From Macrostomum lignano (Eukaryota): a DNA stretch of 64,000 bases. Positions 35,331-47,008 of the stretch are shown in pieces. The stretch is taken from NCBI GenBank assembly GCA_002269645.1, contig NIVC01003379.1, positions 36,865-100,864 on the forward strand, read 5' to 3'. Within the stretch, counting starts at the first letter, position 1. Each line of letters begins with the position of its first letter. The notes under the pieces were generated by a model. That model was not told the DNA's origin. It saw only the letters and a list, made by a program, of their open reading frames with translations, and did no database searches. A program made the position numbers and the translations under genes.

Positions 35331-37216
35331 TTAATTATTACTAGGTTTATTTATTGAGCCGGCTGGGTTACTGGTTAAATTAGAAAAGTTATTATTTGAA
35401 GAAAACCGACGGTGATCGCGGCCGGTGCCGGGTGCCAATTTCACTAACCAAAGAAAACTTAAAACACCAAACTAAGTTATGCTACGTTAAACCAACAAAA
35501 GAAACTAAGAACAAAACCAGAAAACGTAAGAAGTTAACAGCAGGAAGGAGAAGGGGAAGGGGGAGGAGGAAGGAAGGAAGGAAAAACAAAAAAAACATAA
35601 AAACAGGCGGCCCGAATTGGCCATATAAATAGAGGAAGTGTCGCCCGGACAGGGATGGGGCAACAGATGGGGCAACAAGGCAAGGGATGGGGCAGAGAAT
35701 GGGGCAAAAGATGGGGCAACGGACGACAACAAAGCCGGGAACGGAGAAAAAAACAAAACTTAGAGCATCGGCAAAGGATGGGGCATGGGACGGCGCACCG
35801 GGTGACAAAATACAACGAGTCATAGCGGTGATGTCACCCGTCGCCGTCTCACGAAACGTTCTTGCTCGGAGTGGTAGCTCGCCCTACCACACAACCCCAC
35901 TGCCACAAAAGTCGCCCCAACACTTTGGTCACTTCGTCAACCGAGTTGACGAAACGCCAGTTGACGAAATGACCATCACCCGTACTAGCTGACTGAGGAT
36001 AGTGTGTCATTGTACTAGCAGAAATGCAGTACCATATGCCACAACTACGTCAAGTCAAACAGTTGTCTATGCTATTAGCATGTTTAACAATAGGAAAAGA
36101 ATTGATATTGCTAACATATTGTTTTCCTATTTTCTTAACTCCATGTGCCAGGATTTGGCAGTGTTGCTAATCTAGTCATGTTGCATCTTGCATGAATGCA
36201 AATAGCTGTTGTTAGTACTCTAGACTACATTAGTCATTAGATAGCCATGTGGCCTCGATATAATTGTGCACCGCATGAATAGCTAGCAAGAATGCCTGCA
36301 TATACAATTTTGTTAGGGAAGTTAAGGCCTATAAAATATACCTAACTAGCTTATTATCACTCTTAGAAATTATTTTTTAAATTAGTTTTTTATTTGAAAA
36401 TTTTTCATTTTTAGAATTTTGTTACTTTATTTATCTACTTGTTTGAAATGAAAATGTTGTAATAGGCCTATGCTATGATAGAAAATAATAAAAATAAATC
36501 ACCAAGATCTTTCTAATACTACTTAGAAAAATATAATATTCAAATTGAATTAGGGCCTATGTTAGAAGTTATTAGGGCTTCTAAGTTCTATTCAATTAAG
36601 AGCAACTAATTGGTACTCTTTGTTTTGAGTGTCTGATTTGCAATGAAGAAACTTAGGCCCTATAGGGGCCTATGAAATTCTTAATGCATAGCAATTAGAT
36701 ATAGTTATACTCGTTGCTAAAACATATGGTATTTAATATCTAGCCTATTCCCTTTAGCAACCCTTTACCAACAGGCTTGGGTGCAACCTAGGGATTCACC
36801 CGGCCATTTCTATGTGCAACACACACTGACACACACATGTAAGTCACTATTGGATAGAATAGTAGTCACATGACTGCTCTCAGCCAATAGCGACTTACAT
36901 GTATGTGTTGCCAATAGAAACAGCCAAGTGATTCCCAAGGTTGTATATGTATGTTTACCAATAAGCTTATCTCTATTAAAAATGTATAAAATACCAAATG
37001 CCAATCTTACCCTTCTTGGTTTATAGGAATTAGAATTAGTGTCTCTATATCTATGTTCTTAAACTTATTTTTAATGCTCTACTTCTAAAGCCTTAAAGAA
37101 TCCTAAATCCTTAGTACTCAATCTAAGCTTATAATATGATTACTTAAGCACCCTCATTGTCTTTTGTTAAGATATACTATATTGTCCTATCTTTAATTCC
37201 TTCCCTTATTTATGAG

Positions 37217-37751
37217 TAGGGATTGCAATCCCGGTATTGGACCCAAATCCTGGGATTTCCAGTCCTGGGATTTGGGGTTCCAAATCCTAGGACTAATTTT
37301 GTTATTATTTTTACATAAAGTGTTGTAATATGAACATAATTGGGCCCATAACTAGGCCTAGTTTAATATACTGCGCTAATTTCTGTTAAATTTCCTCACG
37401 TTATGTGGCGTCTTTTTAAACCCTGTATTACAGATTTAAATGTGAAATTTATTCCTATATAAATTTTGATACATGATTAGCTTCTTTACTACTAATTAGT
37501 ACTTTTATACTACTTAAGTACATCATAAGATAATACTGTTTTTCATCTACAAAAAATCAGTATCTCTGTAACAAACTAAAATGGAATCAAAAATATTTTT
37601 AGCACATTTTTGCCTTAAAATTTCAACCCAGAAGCTTTAAAATCTGTATTTTTCTGATCCTGGGATTGAATCCTGGGATTGGCTAAATTTTGGGATTAAA
37701 TCCCAAGATCCCAAGATTGCAAAAAACAAAGTTATTTGCCTACAACCCCTA
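37217..37751. mobile_element. Possible hAT-like MITE remnant
   Basis: Starts tagggattgcaatcccgg, has atcctgggatt subterminal motifs at both ends, and an interrupted attgcaa...cccta right end. No TSD found. Confidence 0.35.
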
Positions 37752-39061
37752 ATACTCTAGACTACCAACTTTAATTGCAAACAACTTAGTCCTTAATTTT
37801 ATAATTCCTATTTATTTCTATTTTTTTTCCTTTTATATATGCATCACAATACCCATATTCAAGATTTCATCCAACATTCAAAATCATAATCCTACATCAA
37901 AGCAACCATTCAGTATTTGGATTATCAGCTTTTTAGTTCAAGTTTTAACCAAATTTTTGGTTGATTAAATTTAATTTTGAATATTCTTGATATCTATCCT
38001 ATCTTTGCATACATATAGGTACATTTTGGACAACCCATTTGTAAGCTAAACTTTTCTAATTAGTTTTTGCTAGATACCACTGTGCATTGAAATTTTTTCT
38101 AAGCTTTTGCTATATGCCATAGGTACCAATTTATATACAATTTTTTTATATATTAAAATTTTTTTTGCCATAATATACACATTCCTGAATATAGTCACCA
38201 AGTAAATCTAGTCTATTTGTATTTTTCATACTTTCTTTATAAGTACATCTTGCTATACAACCTTTACTAAGCAAAAGCTTATTGCTATCAAAGCCACTGT
38301 TTAAGTGTTACTATGAAAAAGTAACTTCTAGTTAAATAACTTTTGGTTCCAAGGAAAATAATTTCTAGTACTTTCATTATTAGTCCTTTTAGTCCTTTTA
38401 AATTTTAAAGAACTATCTATTAAAAAGTGCTTTAACATTTCTTAGTAGAAAACAAAAAATATATTGACTAAGAGTTAAACATATAGACTTATTAATTTTT
38501 TCTAAAATAAAAATGTTATATAATATTTTTCATAATTATTGCATTTAAAATTTAAGTTAATTAGCAAAATATTATAAACAAGAAGTAGCAGCATGCTATA
38601 ATAAAGGTTTTAACATTGTAAAATAAAGTGCTTTAATTGATATATAAATGTAGTTTTTTAGTTAATATTCTTGAAAAAATATTTTTATATATAACATTGT
38701 CAAGTCTCATTTAATAAATGTGATTTCTGATAATATTAGCAAAGCAAAATAATGTAATTTAGGAAAGTAACTGTCCTTACCTTTTAAGTAAATATTAATT
38801 GAATTGGCTATTACTATTAATTAGCTAAGAGCTACAACTTGAAAGATCAAGTTTAGAAGAGATTTAGTATATTGGATTTGTCTCAATATAGCCAATAGCC
38901 ATTAATAAATTGCTAAATTCCAGTTCTGAAGCAAGGATTCAAATTTTATTAGCTGGTGTAAAATATGGCTGCAAATTGTACACATACACTGCAAAAATGT
39001 TGGGTATCTGCAGAATTTAATAAATAACTGCATAAGTTACAAAAATGTTGCTGGTCAACTA

Positions 39062-39432
39062 GCCTCTCAGATCCTCAGTTGCTAGGCCAGCTTCTCAGAT
39101 CCCCAGTTGCTAGGCCAGCCTCTCAGATCCTCAGTTGCTGGGCCAGTCTCTCAGATCCTCAGTTGTTGGGCTACCAGCCTGCCAGATCCTCAGTTGCTGG
39201 GCCACCAGCCTCCCAGATCCTCAGTTGCTGGGCCAGCCTCGCAGATCCTCAGTTGCTGGGCCAGCCTCTCAGATCCTCAGTTGCTGGGCCAGCCTCCCAG
39301 ATCCCCAGTTGCTGTGCCAGCCTCCCAGATCCTCAGTTTCTGAGCCAGCCTCCCAGATCCTCAGTTGCTGTGCCAGCCTCCCAGATCCCCAGTTCCTGGG
39401 CCAGCCTCCCAGATCCTCAGCTACTGGGCCAG
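39062..39432 (+). repeat. 28/31-bp minisatellite (family also at 40183-40715 and 49500-49945)
   Basis: Unit cct(c)ccagatcc(t/c)cagttgctgggcca(cca)g. Confidence 0.95.
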
Positions 39433-39551
39433 CCATCAGAGATAACTGGAATACCTAAATTACACATCTACTTACCAAACACTTGCAGAAGGCATTCCCG
39501 ATGGTAAAACGAGTTTCCAAGCTGTAAAGTGGGGCTCAGCCCAGCCTCGTT

Positions 39552-40944
39552 ATGGCTGCTCCAGCTGCCCCTCAGCTGACAGTGGAGCATCGGCAAACGC
39601 TAGTAAAAGCTTCCACTGCCATTTCAAACAAACTTGGCGCCAGAATTAATCGATTAGCCAATAGTAATACGGTGCCAGATTTCTACGAAGCATTAAACGC
39701 AGTTGTCTACTTGACCTCGAGCGCCTGCTCTTTAAGTTATGTCTCTAGGGAAGCTCGGATGGCTTCATTTGTTCGCGTAGGCTGGGACAATCGTAGCGGT
39801 GTTAGTGGCGGAGGTCAAACAGCCGAGGACATGGCAGAGTGCGGTTTTTATAGCCTAGGCGACGCTGATCACGTCAAGTGCTTCTTCTGCGACTTGGGAC
39901 TGCGGGACTGGATCAGGGGGGACAGTCCCGAGCGGGAGCACGCCAAGTTCAGCCCGCTGTGCTTCTATTTGAAGAGCTGCCTGGGTCTTGACGGTCTGCA
40001 GGCGGTCACTCCGCAAACTACTAATTATCCGGCATCGTACACCAGGCAGGATCACAATCAGCTGATGCGCACCATTGGCGAAGACTTTTGTGGCCCTGTA
40101 GGCCGAGTCGCCTGCGGCGTTGGACTGGACGATACTAAAGTTCTGCTGGCTTTAGCTAGGAACTTCATCCGGTTTAGGTGACTGTCCTCAGTTGCTGGGA
40201 CACCAGCCTCCCAGATCCCCAGTTGCTGGGCCACCAGCCTCCCAGATCCCCAGTTGCTGGGCCACCAGCCTCCCAGATCCCCAGTTGCTGGGCCACCAGC
40301 CTCCCAGATCCCCAGTTGCTGGGCCACCAGCCTCCCAGATCCCCAGTTGCTGGGCCAGCCTCCCAGATCCCCAGTTGCTGGGCCAGCCTCCCAGATCCCC
40401 AGTTGCTGGGCCAGCCTCCCAGATCCCCAGTTGCTGGGCCACCAGCCTCCCAGATCCCCAGTTGCTGGGCCACCAGCCTCCCAGATCCCCAGTTGCTGGG
40501 CCACCAGCCTCCCAGATCCCCAGTTGCTGGGCCACCAGCCTCCCAGATCCCCAGTTGCTGGGCCACCAGCCTCCCAGATCCCCAGTTGCTGGGCCACCAG
40601 CCTCCCAGATCCCCAGTTGCTGGGCCACCAGCCTCCCAGATCCCCAGTTGCTGGGCCACCAGCCTCCCAGATCCCCAGTTGCTGGGCCAGCCTCCCAGAT
40701 CCCCAGTTGCTAGAGCAGTGTCAGTTGCTGGGCCACTCCCTCTGCAGTCCAGCCGAGTATCACAAGGCTCAGCCCCCTTCCCCGCATTGCCAGGAAGCGC
40801 TACTCAGCCAAGGAGCTCATCCTGAGTGCCCAGTCAGAGTGGCAGCGAGAGCTACTCAACAACCCTTCAGATCCGCCGCAGTTTTTGAGCGGCTTCAACC
40901 TGGCTGCCGTGTTTCGCGAGTTCTACAGAATAATAGCATCGTGA
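39552..40944 (+). CDS. Single-BIR IAP-family protein, 258 aa, exons 39552-40177 and 40794-40944, UBA-like segment, no RING
   Basis: BIR: EARMASF...MAECGFY..G..DHVKCFFC(x16)H(x6)C. The GT donor at 40178 and polypyrimidine AG at 40793 join in phase 2 to give LARNFIRFRKRYSAKELILSA...FYRIIAS*. Confidence 0.85.
40183..40715 (+). repeat. 31/28-bp minisatellite filling the IAP intron
   Basis: ~17 near-perfect units cctcccagatccccagttgctgggccaccag starting just after the donor. Confidence 0.97.
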
Positions 40945-41544
40945 ATTTCTATTAGTAAAATGTTTAGTTATAATTATAATAGCTTGTATATGGGATACTT
41001 CATTAATCATACTTTCGTAAGTAAAATTTTTAAGCAGAAAATCTATTTCATCAATATTTATGATTCAAACTTAAGCACAATATCTCTATTTAGCGTGTAT
41101 TATTTTAAATATTTATTGATTATTAAAAGTTTTAATACCAGTGACACGTTAATATAAACAATATATACTTTCTAACAAAAATTGTTGTACAGTTGCTTCT
41201 TTAACTTCTATTATGCAAAATTGATAAAGCATGTTTAAGAAGTTCTCTACCGTCATTTGCACTATTTTTTGTTGTAAACGGGTGTAAGCAATGTATATTG
41301 GATGTTAAGTATGCAACTGTAAAACGATTTTGTCTGAATAAAATTTCAAAATAATTTCTACAATTCTTCTTATTGTCCTTAGCACTCATTGTCCCTGTGA
41401 ACATTAAAAATATATTCTAAAAAATTTTTCTTGTCTCGTTTATTATTTTGCGTTTCTAGTATGTATAATTATCCTCAGCACCCCAATGCCCGATAAGATT
41501 ATTTCCTAATTCTTTAAGAATCTCCCACAATTCTGAAGTTTCTT

Positions 41545-42035
41545 TCCCCACTCCCTTTTTGATTCTCCCCCACCTCCTTCATGATTCTTCCCCAACTCCC
41601 CATAAGATTCTCCCCCATCCCCTCATGATTCTTCCCCAACTCCCCATAAGATTCTCCCCCATCCTTCTCATGATTCTTCCCCAACTCCCCATAAGATTCT
41701 CTCCCACCCCCTCATAATTCTTCCCAAACTCCCCATAAGATTCTCCTCCATCCCCCTCATAATTCTTCCCAAACTCCCCATAAGATTCTCCCCCATCCTT
41801 CTCATGATTCTTCCCAAACTCCCCATAAGATTCTCCCCCATCCTTCTCATGATTCTTCCCAAACTCCCCATAAGATTCTCCCCCATCCTCCTCATGATTC
41901 TTCCCAAATTCCCCATAAGATTCTCTCCCACCCCCTCATGATTCTTCCCAAACTCCCCATAAGATTCTCCTCCATCCCCCTCATGATTCTTCCCAAACTC
42001 CCCATAAGATTCTCTCCCAATTCCCCATAAGATTC
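41545..42035. repeat. 45-bp minisatellite upstream of the RGG gene
   Basis: Unit attcttcccaaactccccataagattctcccccatccttctcatg, a 15-aa period in the ORF track. Confidence 0.95.
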
Positions 42036-42282
42036 TCCAACCATTCCAGGTAAGAAGGTTTCCTAATTCCCCTCAATGATCTCATCCAATTCCCTTTAAA
42101 AATCGCCCCCCAATTCCCCTTTAAGAATCTCTCCTAATTCCCATAAGGAATGCCCTGATTCCCCTTAGGAATTTCCCCAACTTTGCATCTTTCATGGAGT
42201 TACCGATGGTGAAATTATATTATACTGTTATACATGTAATTGTGTATTCCAGCACTGAAGCAGGCCAGCCCAGCAGCCAAGC

Positions 42283-43136
42283 ATGGAGAAGATCAACATG
42301 TCCCTTGACGATATTATCAAGGCTAATAAAAAGCGTTCGAATTCGGCCAGAGGCAATTCCGCCGCTGGTCGGCGCGGCGGCGCCAGCGGGCGCGGCGGCG
42401 GCGGCGCCAGGGGTCGGGGAGGCGCCAATAGTCGCAGGCGCGGAGGTGGCGCCAATAACGCGCCTCCCCGCGCCGCAACACCGTAGCGCCAATTCGTAGC
42501 GGCGGCGGGGTGGCCAAAAGGTCGAGAAATATCCGCGGAAGAGGAGGCGGCGGCGCCGGTCGCGGTGGCAGCTCGGCCGTGGCGAAGCTCGCCGCCCAAT
42601 CGTTAAACCGGGCCAAGAAGCTTCAGCTCTTGCGTCGTCAGAGTCAGAGTCAGAGTGGCGCCGGCGTCAGAAGAGGCGCCAGTCGAGGTCGCGGTGGCGC
42701 CGCTGCCACCGCCGGAGCCTCCGCTACCCCGCGCCGCTCCTTCGGAGGCGTTGCAAAGCCCAATAAGACGTCGGCATCCTCAGTGAGCATGGTTCGGGTG
42801 CGAGTTTCAAATGACAGGTTCGACAACAATAACGGCGGCAACAAAGACCGGCGCAGTCTGGAGCGAACCTACCTGATGCAGGCCAGGGCGCTGATTCAGG
42901 CGCAGAAGGAGGCGGCTGCCGCCAACGCCTCTGCGGCGGCTGCTGGTGCCGCGACTGCGGCTGCGTTTCGCTCGTTAGCCGGAGGCAGCGGCCGCGGTGA
43001 CTACCAGTTTGCTAGTCGCGGCGGCAGGAATAATTCTCAGAATGGAGGATTCCGCCGAGCCAGAGGCTTCGGTAATGGCGGCCGCGGTGGAGGACGCCGC
43101 GGTGGTCGTCGCGGAGGCTGGGGCGGCTACCGCTGA
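42283..43136 (+). CDS. FYTTD1/UIF-like mRNA export adaptor (N-terminal UAP56-binding motif, RGG-rich, no RRM); single 1-bp frameshift
   Basis: Starts MEKINMSLDDIIK, the REF-N/UBM motif of ALYREF and FYTTD1. Adding one C to the C4 run at 42466-42469 joins ORFs 42283-42486 and 42510-43136 into one 284-aa ORF. Confidence 0.7.
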
Positions 43137-43204
43137 TGTTTGACTCGGTGGGGTGGGTTTGAATTTTACAAGTTTGGCGGAGTTCGTGTCCCTAGATGTA
43201 ATCT

Positions 43205-44430
43205 GAACCATAATTGGCCTCCCAATAATCCCCTCCGTAGTTAGTGTCCCAATAATCCCCTCCGTAATTAGTGTCCCAATAATCCCCTCCGTAATTAGTG
43301 TCCCAATAATCCCCTCCGTAATTAGTGTCCCAATAATCCCTCCGTAATTAGTGTCCCAATAATCTCCATCATAATTAGTGTCCCAAAAAGTCCCCATCAT
43401 AATTGGTGTCCCAATAATCCCCATCATAATTGGTGTCCCAATAATCCCCATCATAATTGGTGTCCCAATAATCCCCATCATAATTGGTGTCCCAATAATC
43501 CCCATCATAATTGGTGTCCCAATAATCCCCATCATAATTGGTGTCCCAATAATCCCCATCATAATTGGTGTCCCAATAATCCCCATCATAATTGGTGTCC
43601 CAATAATCCCCATCATAATTGGTGTCCCAATAATCCCCATCATAATTGGTGTCCCAATAATCTCCATCATAATTGGTGTCCCAATAATCCCCATCATAAT
43701 TAGTGTCCCAATAATCTCCATCATAATTAGTGTCCCAATAATCTCCATCATAATTAGTGTCCCAATAATCCATCATAATTAGTGTCCCAATAATCTCCAT
43801 CGTAATTAGTGTCCCAATAATCTCCATCATAATTAGTGTCCCAAAAAGTCCCCATCATAATTGGTGTCCCAATAATCCCCATCATAATTGGTGTCCCAAT
43901 AATCTCCATTATAATTAGTGTCCCAAAAAGTCCCCATCATAATTCGTGTCCCAATAATCCCCATCATAATTGGTGTCCCAATAATCCCCATCATAATTGG
44001 TGTCCCAATAATCCCCATCATAATTGGTGTCCCAATAATCCCCATCATAATTGGTGTCCCAATAATCCCCATCATAATTGGTGTCCCAATAATCCCCATC
44101 ATAATTGGTGTCCCAATAATCCCCATCATAATTGGTGTCCCAATAATCCCCATCATAATTGGTGTCCCAATAATCCCCATCATAATTGGTGTCCCAATAA
44201 TCCCCATCATAATTGGCGTCCCAATAATCCCCATCATAATTGGTGTCCCAATAATCCCCATCATAATTGGTGTCCCAATAGTCCCCATCATAATTAGTGT
44301 CCCAATAATCCCCATCATAATTAGTGTCCCAATAATCCCCATCATAATTAGTGTCCCAATAATCTCCATCATAATTAGTGTCCCAATAATCCCCATCATA
44401 ATTGGTGTCCCAATAATCCCCATCATAGTT
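43205..44430. repeat. 27-bp minisatellite, ~45 copies
   Basis: Unit cataattggtgtcccaataatccccat. Confidence 0.97.
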
Positions 44431-45357
44431 GGTGTAATCCACCTTCAAGAACGTCTCTCTTAACTAAATAACTCAACCTCAAGTTACCTGTCAACCTGTC
44501 AATTATAGGTTTAAAATTGTTTGTTAGTTTAAAAAACGTGAATCAAATTGGATTAACTCCATCACAGTCAGTCAGCATCAGCAACTATACTTACTTTATT
44601 TAATTGCCCGTAACGAATCGCTGTTTTTAGCTGCTTTTTTACTTTTACTTCTTTTGCCAATTAATTTTAACTGGGCATTGTGATTTTTCATCACGTTGTT
44701 TAATACGCGTCAAAATTGGAAAACTACTAACTAAGTAGTAAATCTGTGCCCAGTTAAATTAATTCGATATATATTTGTGTAAATGTGCACCCCGACCAGG
44801 CCAGGGCTTAAGGCAGCCTAGCTCATAAATAATTCATTTTCAAAGTACAAATTTTGATACTTCATATTGGTTGCTTGGGTTTCCTCGACGGGTTCGATTG
44901 AGTGATTGAATTATCATTATTTATGATTTATTGCTGTGTGCCATAGTTGCAGGTCATATATGTCTGTTTAATTTGCGTGTGTTACATGCACTGTTGTACA
45001 TAAACTGAGTTTGTTTCTTCATTTTTAGGTTAATTGATTGATTGATTTGTGTCACTTTTTTAGCTATCTGTTTTCTCGTCCATCTCATTTTCTGTAACTG
45101 CGCGCTGCACTGTCTGATAATAATATAATTCAGCTTTATAAACCCTTCGGCACTACTATGAGTAATTGGAGTCGCATCCAATCTTTCTGAAGTCTTTTAT
45201 TATCATTTCTTTAAGTTGCTGCCGCTGCTGCCAAACTGCCGTAAGGAATGCGGCAGGCATATATTATACCTGCTGTCAATATCCACAGCATACCGCAGGT
45301 TCGATGTATAATAACAGCTTCAGGTAGGCTTGTCTTCAGGTTTTTGTATTTGCACTG

Positions 45358-45517
45358 TCTGCCTGTCTGTCTGTCTGTCTGTCTCTATCTGTTTGTCTGT
45401 CTGTCTGTCTCTATCTGTTTGTCTGTCTGTCTGTCTCTATCTGTTTGTCTGTCTGTCTGTCTCTATCTGTTTGTCTGTCTGTCTGTCTCTATCTGTTTGT
45501 CTGTCTGTCTGTCTCTA

Positions 45518-45558
<41 letters not shown>

Positions 45559-45601
45559 ATCTGTTTGTCTGTCTGTCTGTCTGTGTGTCTGTCTCTCTGT
45601 G

Positions 45602-45640
<39 letters not shown>

Positions 45641-45702
45641 GTGTCTGTCTCTCTGTCTGTCTGCCTGTCTGCCTGTCTGTCTGCCTGTCTGTCTGTCTGT
45701 CT
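45358..45702. repeat. (TGTC)n-derived microsatellite with higher-order units
   Basis: tctgtctgtctg interspersed with tctctatctgtttg. Confidence 0.97.
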
Positions 45703-46344
45703 TCAGGCGAAATAAGTCACAGAGCGAGCAAAAGAGAGCAGCGTTTTAAAAAGAACAGACAGAAAAAAACAGATGGCTTTCGGTTTGAATTCACAAAAAG
45801 TTTTTATTTGGGGTCTTACGCATGCAAATCGTACTTATGCAAGAAATATTAAAAAGCTGAACAGCACCTGCCATGCTGTGTGCGAGTACATCGGTAAGGT
45901 CGGTACCGAAGATAAATAATAAAGACATGCAACGAGCTGACAGAAAATCAATGCAATTCGAAATGCAAAGCAGAAAAAGGCTTTAAAGAAATTGAAAAAA
46001 TGAGAGGCTACAAGCTGGTGGTAAGATGCCGAGCAACAAAAGAAGACCAGAAAAAAATGAAAAAAAAACTCTTGAAAACCCCAATTTCAACGCTTGGGAC
46101 CTGATGCTCTTCCGCGCCTTGAACGATATCTATAATGATCTTTGAAAAAGTCCTGGTTAATCCGTTGAATGCATCTTGGTGCAAGACTCATGGGATTCTC
46201 TCTAAACTGTTTAATGAACTATAATAAACTCTCACAACTTTCAAACAAACAGTTTCATAGTCCTCCAATAAACTATATACTCTTAAGCCACCCATAAACT
46301 GTTTAAACATACCTACATAAAATATTTAACCTACCTCTAAAAAA

Positions 46345-46785
46345 CTATTGAACCAACCTCTCATAAACTGTTTTAAACAACCTGTCATAAACTGTTTAAC
46401 CAACCTGTCATAAACAGTTTAAGCAACCTCTCATAAACTGTTTAACCAACCTCTCATAAACTGTTTTAAACAACCTGTCATAAACTGTTTAATCAACCTC
46501 TCATAAACTGTTTGAACAAACTCATAAACTGTTTAACCAACCTGTCATGAACTGTTTAACCAGTCTCATAAACTGTTTAACCAACCTCACATAAACTTTT
46601 TAACCAACCTGTCATAAACAGTTTAACCAACCTCTCATAAACTGTTTAACCAACCTCTCATAAACAGTTTAACTAACCTGTCATAAACTGTTTAACCAAC
46701 CTCTCATAAACTGTTTAACCAACCTCTCATAAACTGTTTAACCAACCTGTCATAAACTGTTTAACCAACCTGTCATAAACTCTTA
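46345..46785. repeat. 23-bp minisatellite
   Basis: Unit aaactgtttaaccaacctctcat. Confidence 0.95.
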
Positions 46786-47008
46786 TAAGAATTTTTAAGC
46801 ACTTCCATAAACAACTATTTTAACAAACTCTCAAAAAACTATTTATAAACCAATAAACACCCATTATAAACTTCGTAGGAAGTTGCCATAAACAATTTAG
46901 AAATCCCCAATGAACAGTCGATAGGAAATTCCTCACAAACAGTATTTAAGAATCCTCATTGTCAACACAAACAACACAGTTGTAAAGTCGGTCCATTTCT
47001 CACAGTCC

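Larger units (their letters stand above)
19194..35981. mobile_element. 16.8-kb non-autonomous TIR DNA transposon (MULE- or Merlin-like termini) with an 8-bp TSD
   Basis: Left end gggtcctagtcatttcgtcaactggcgtttcgtcaact; right end reverse-complements to gggtgatggtcatttcgtcaactggcgtttcgtcaact. GTACTAGC flanks both ends (19186-19193 and 35982-35989). Confidence 0.85.

Noticed and set aside
39062-40715. 28-31-bp repeats as a CRISPR array
   Set aside because: Units are contiguous with no unique spacers, there are no cas genes, and the context is eukaryotic introns.
42283-43136. ALYREF/THOC4 assignment
   Set aside because: The REF-N motif is present, but there is no RRM and no C-terminal REF-C motif.
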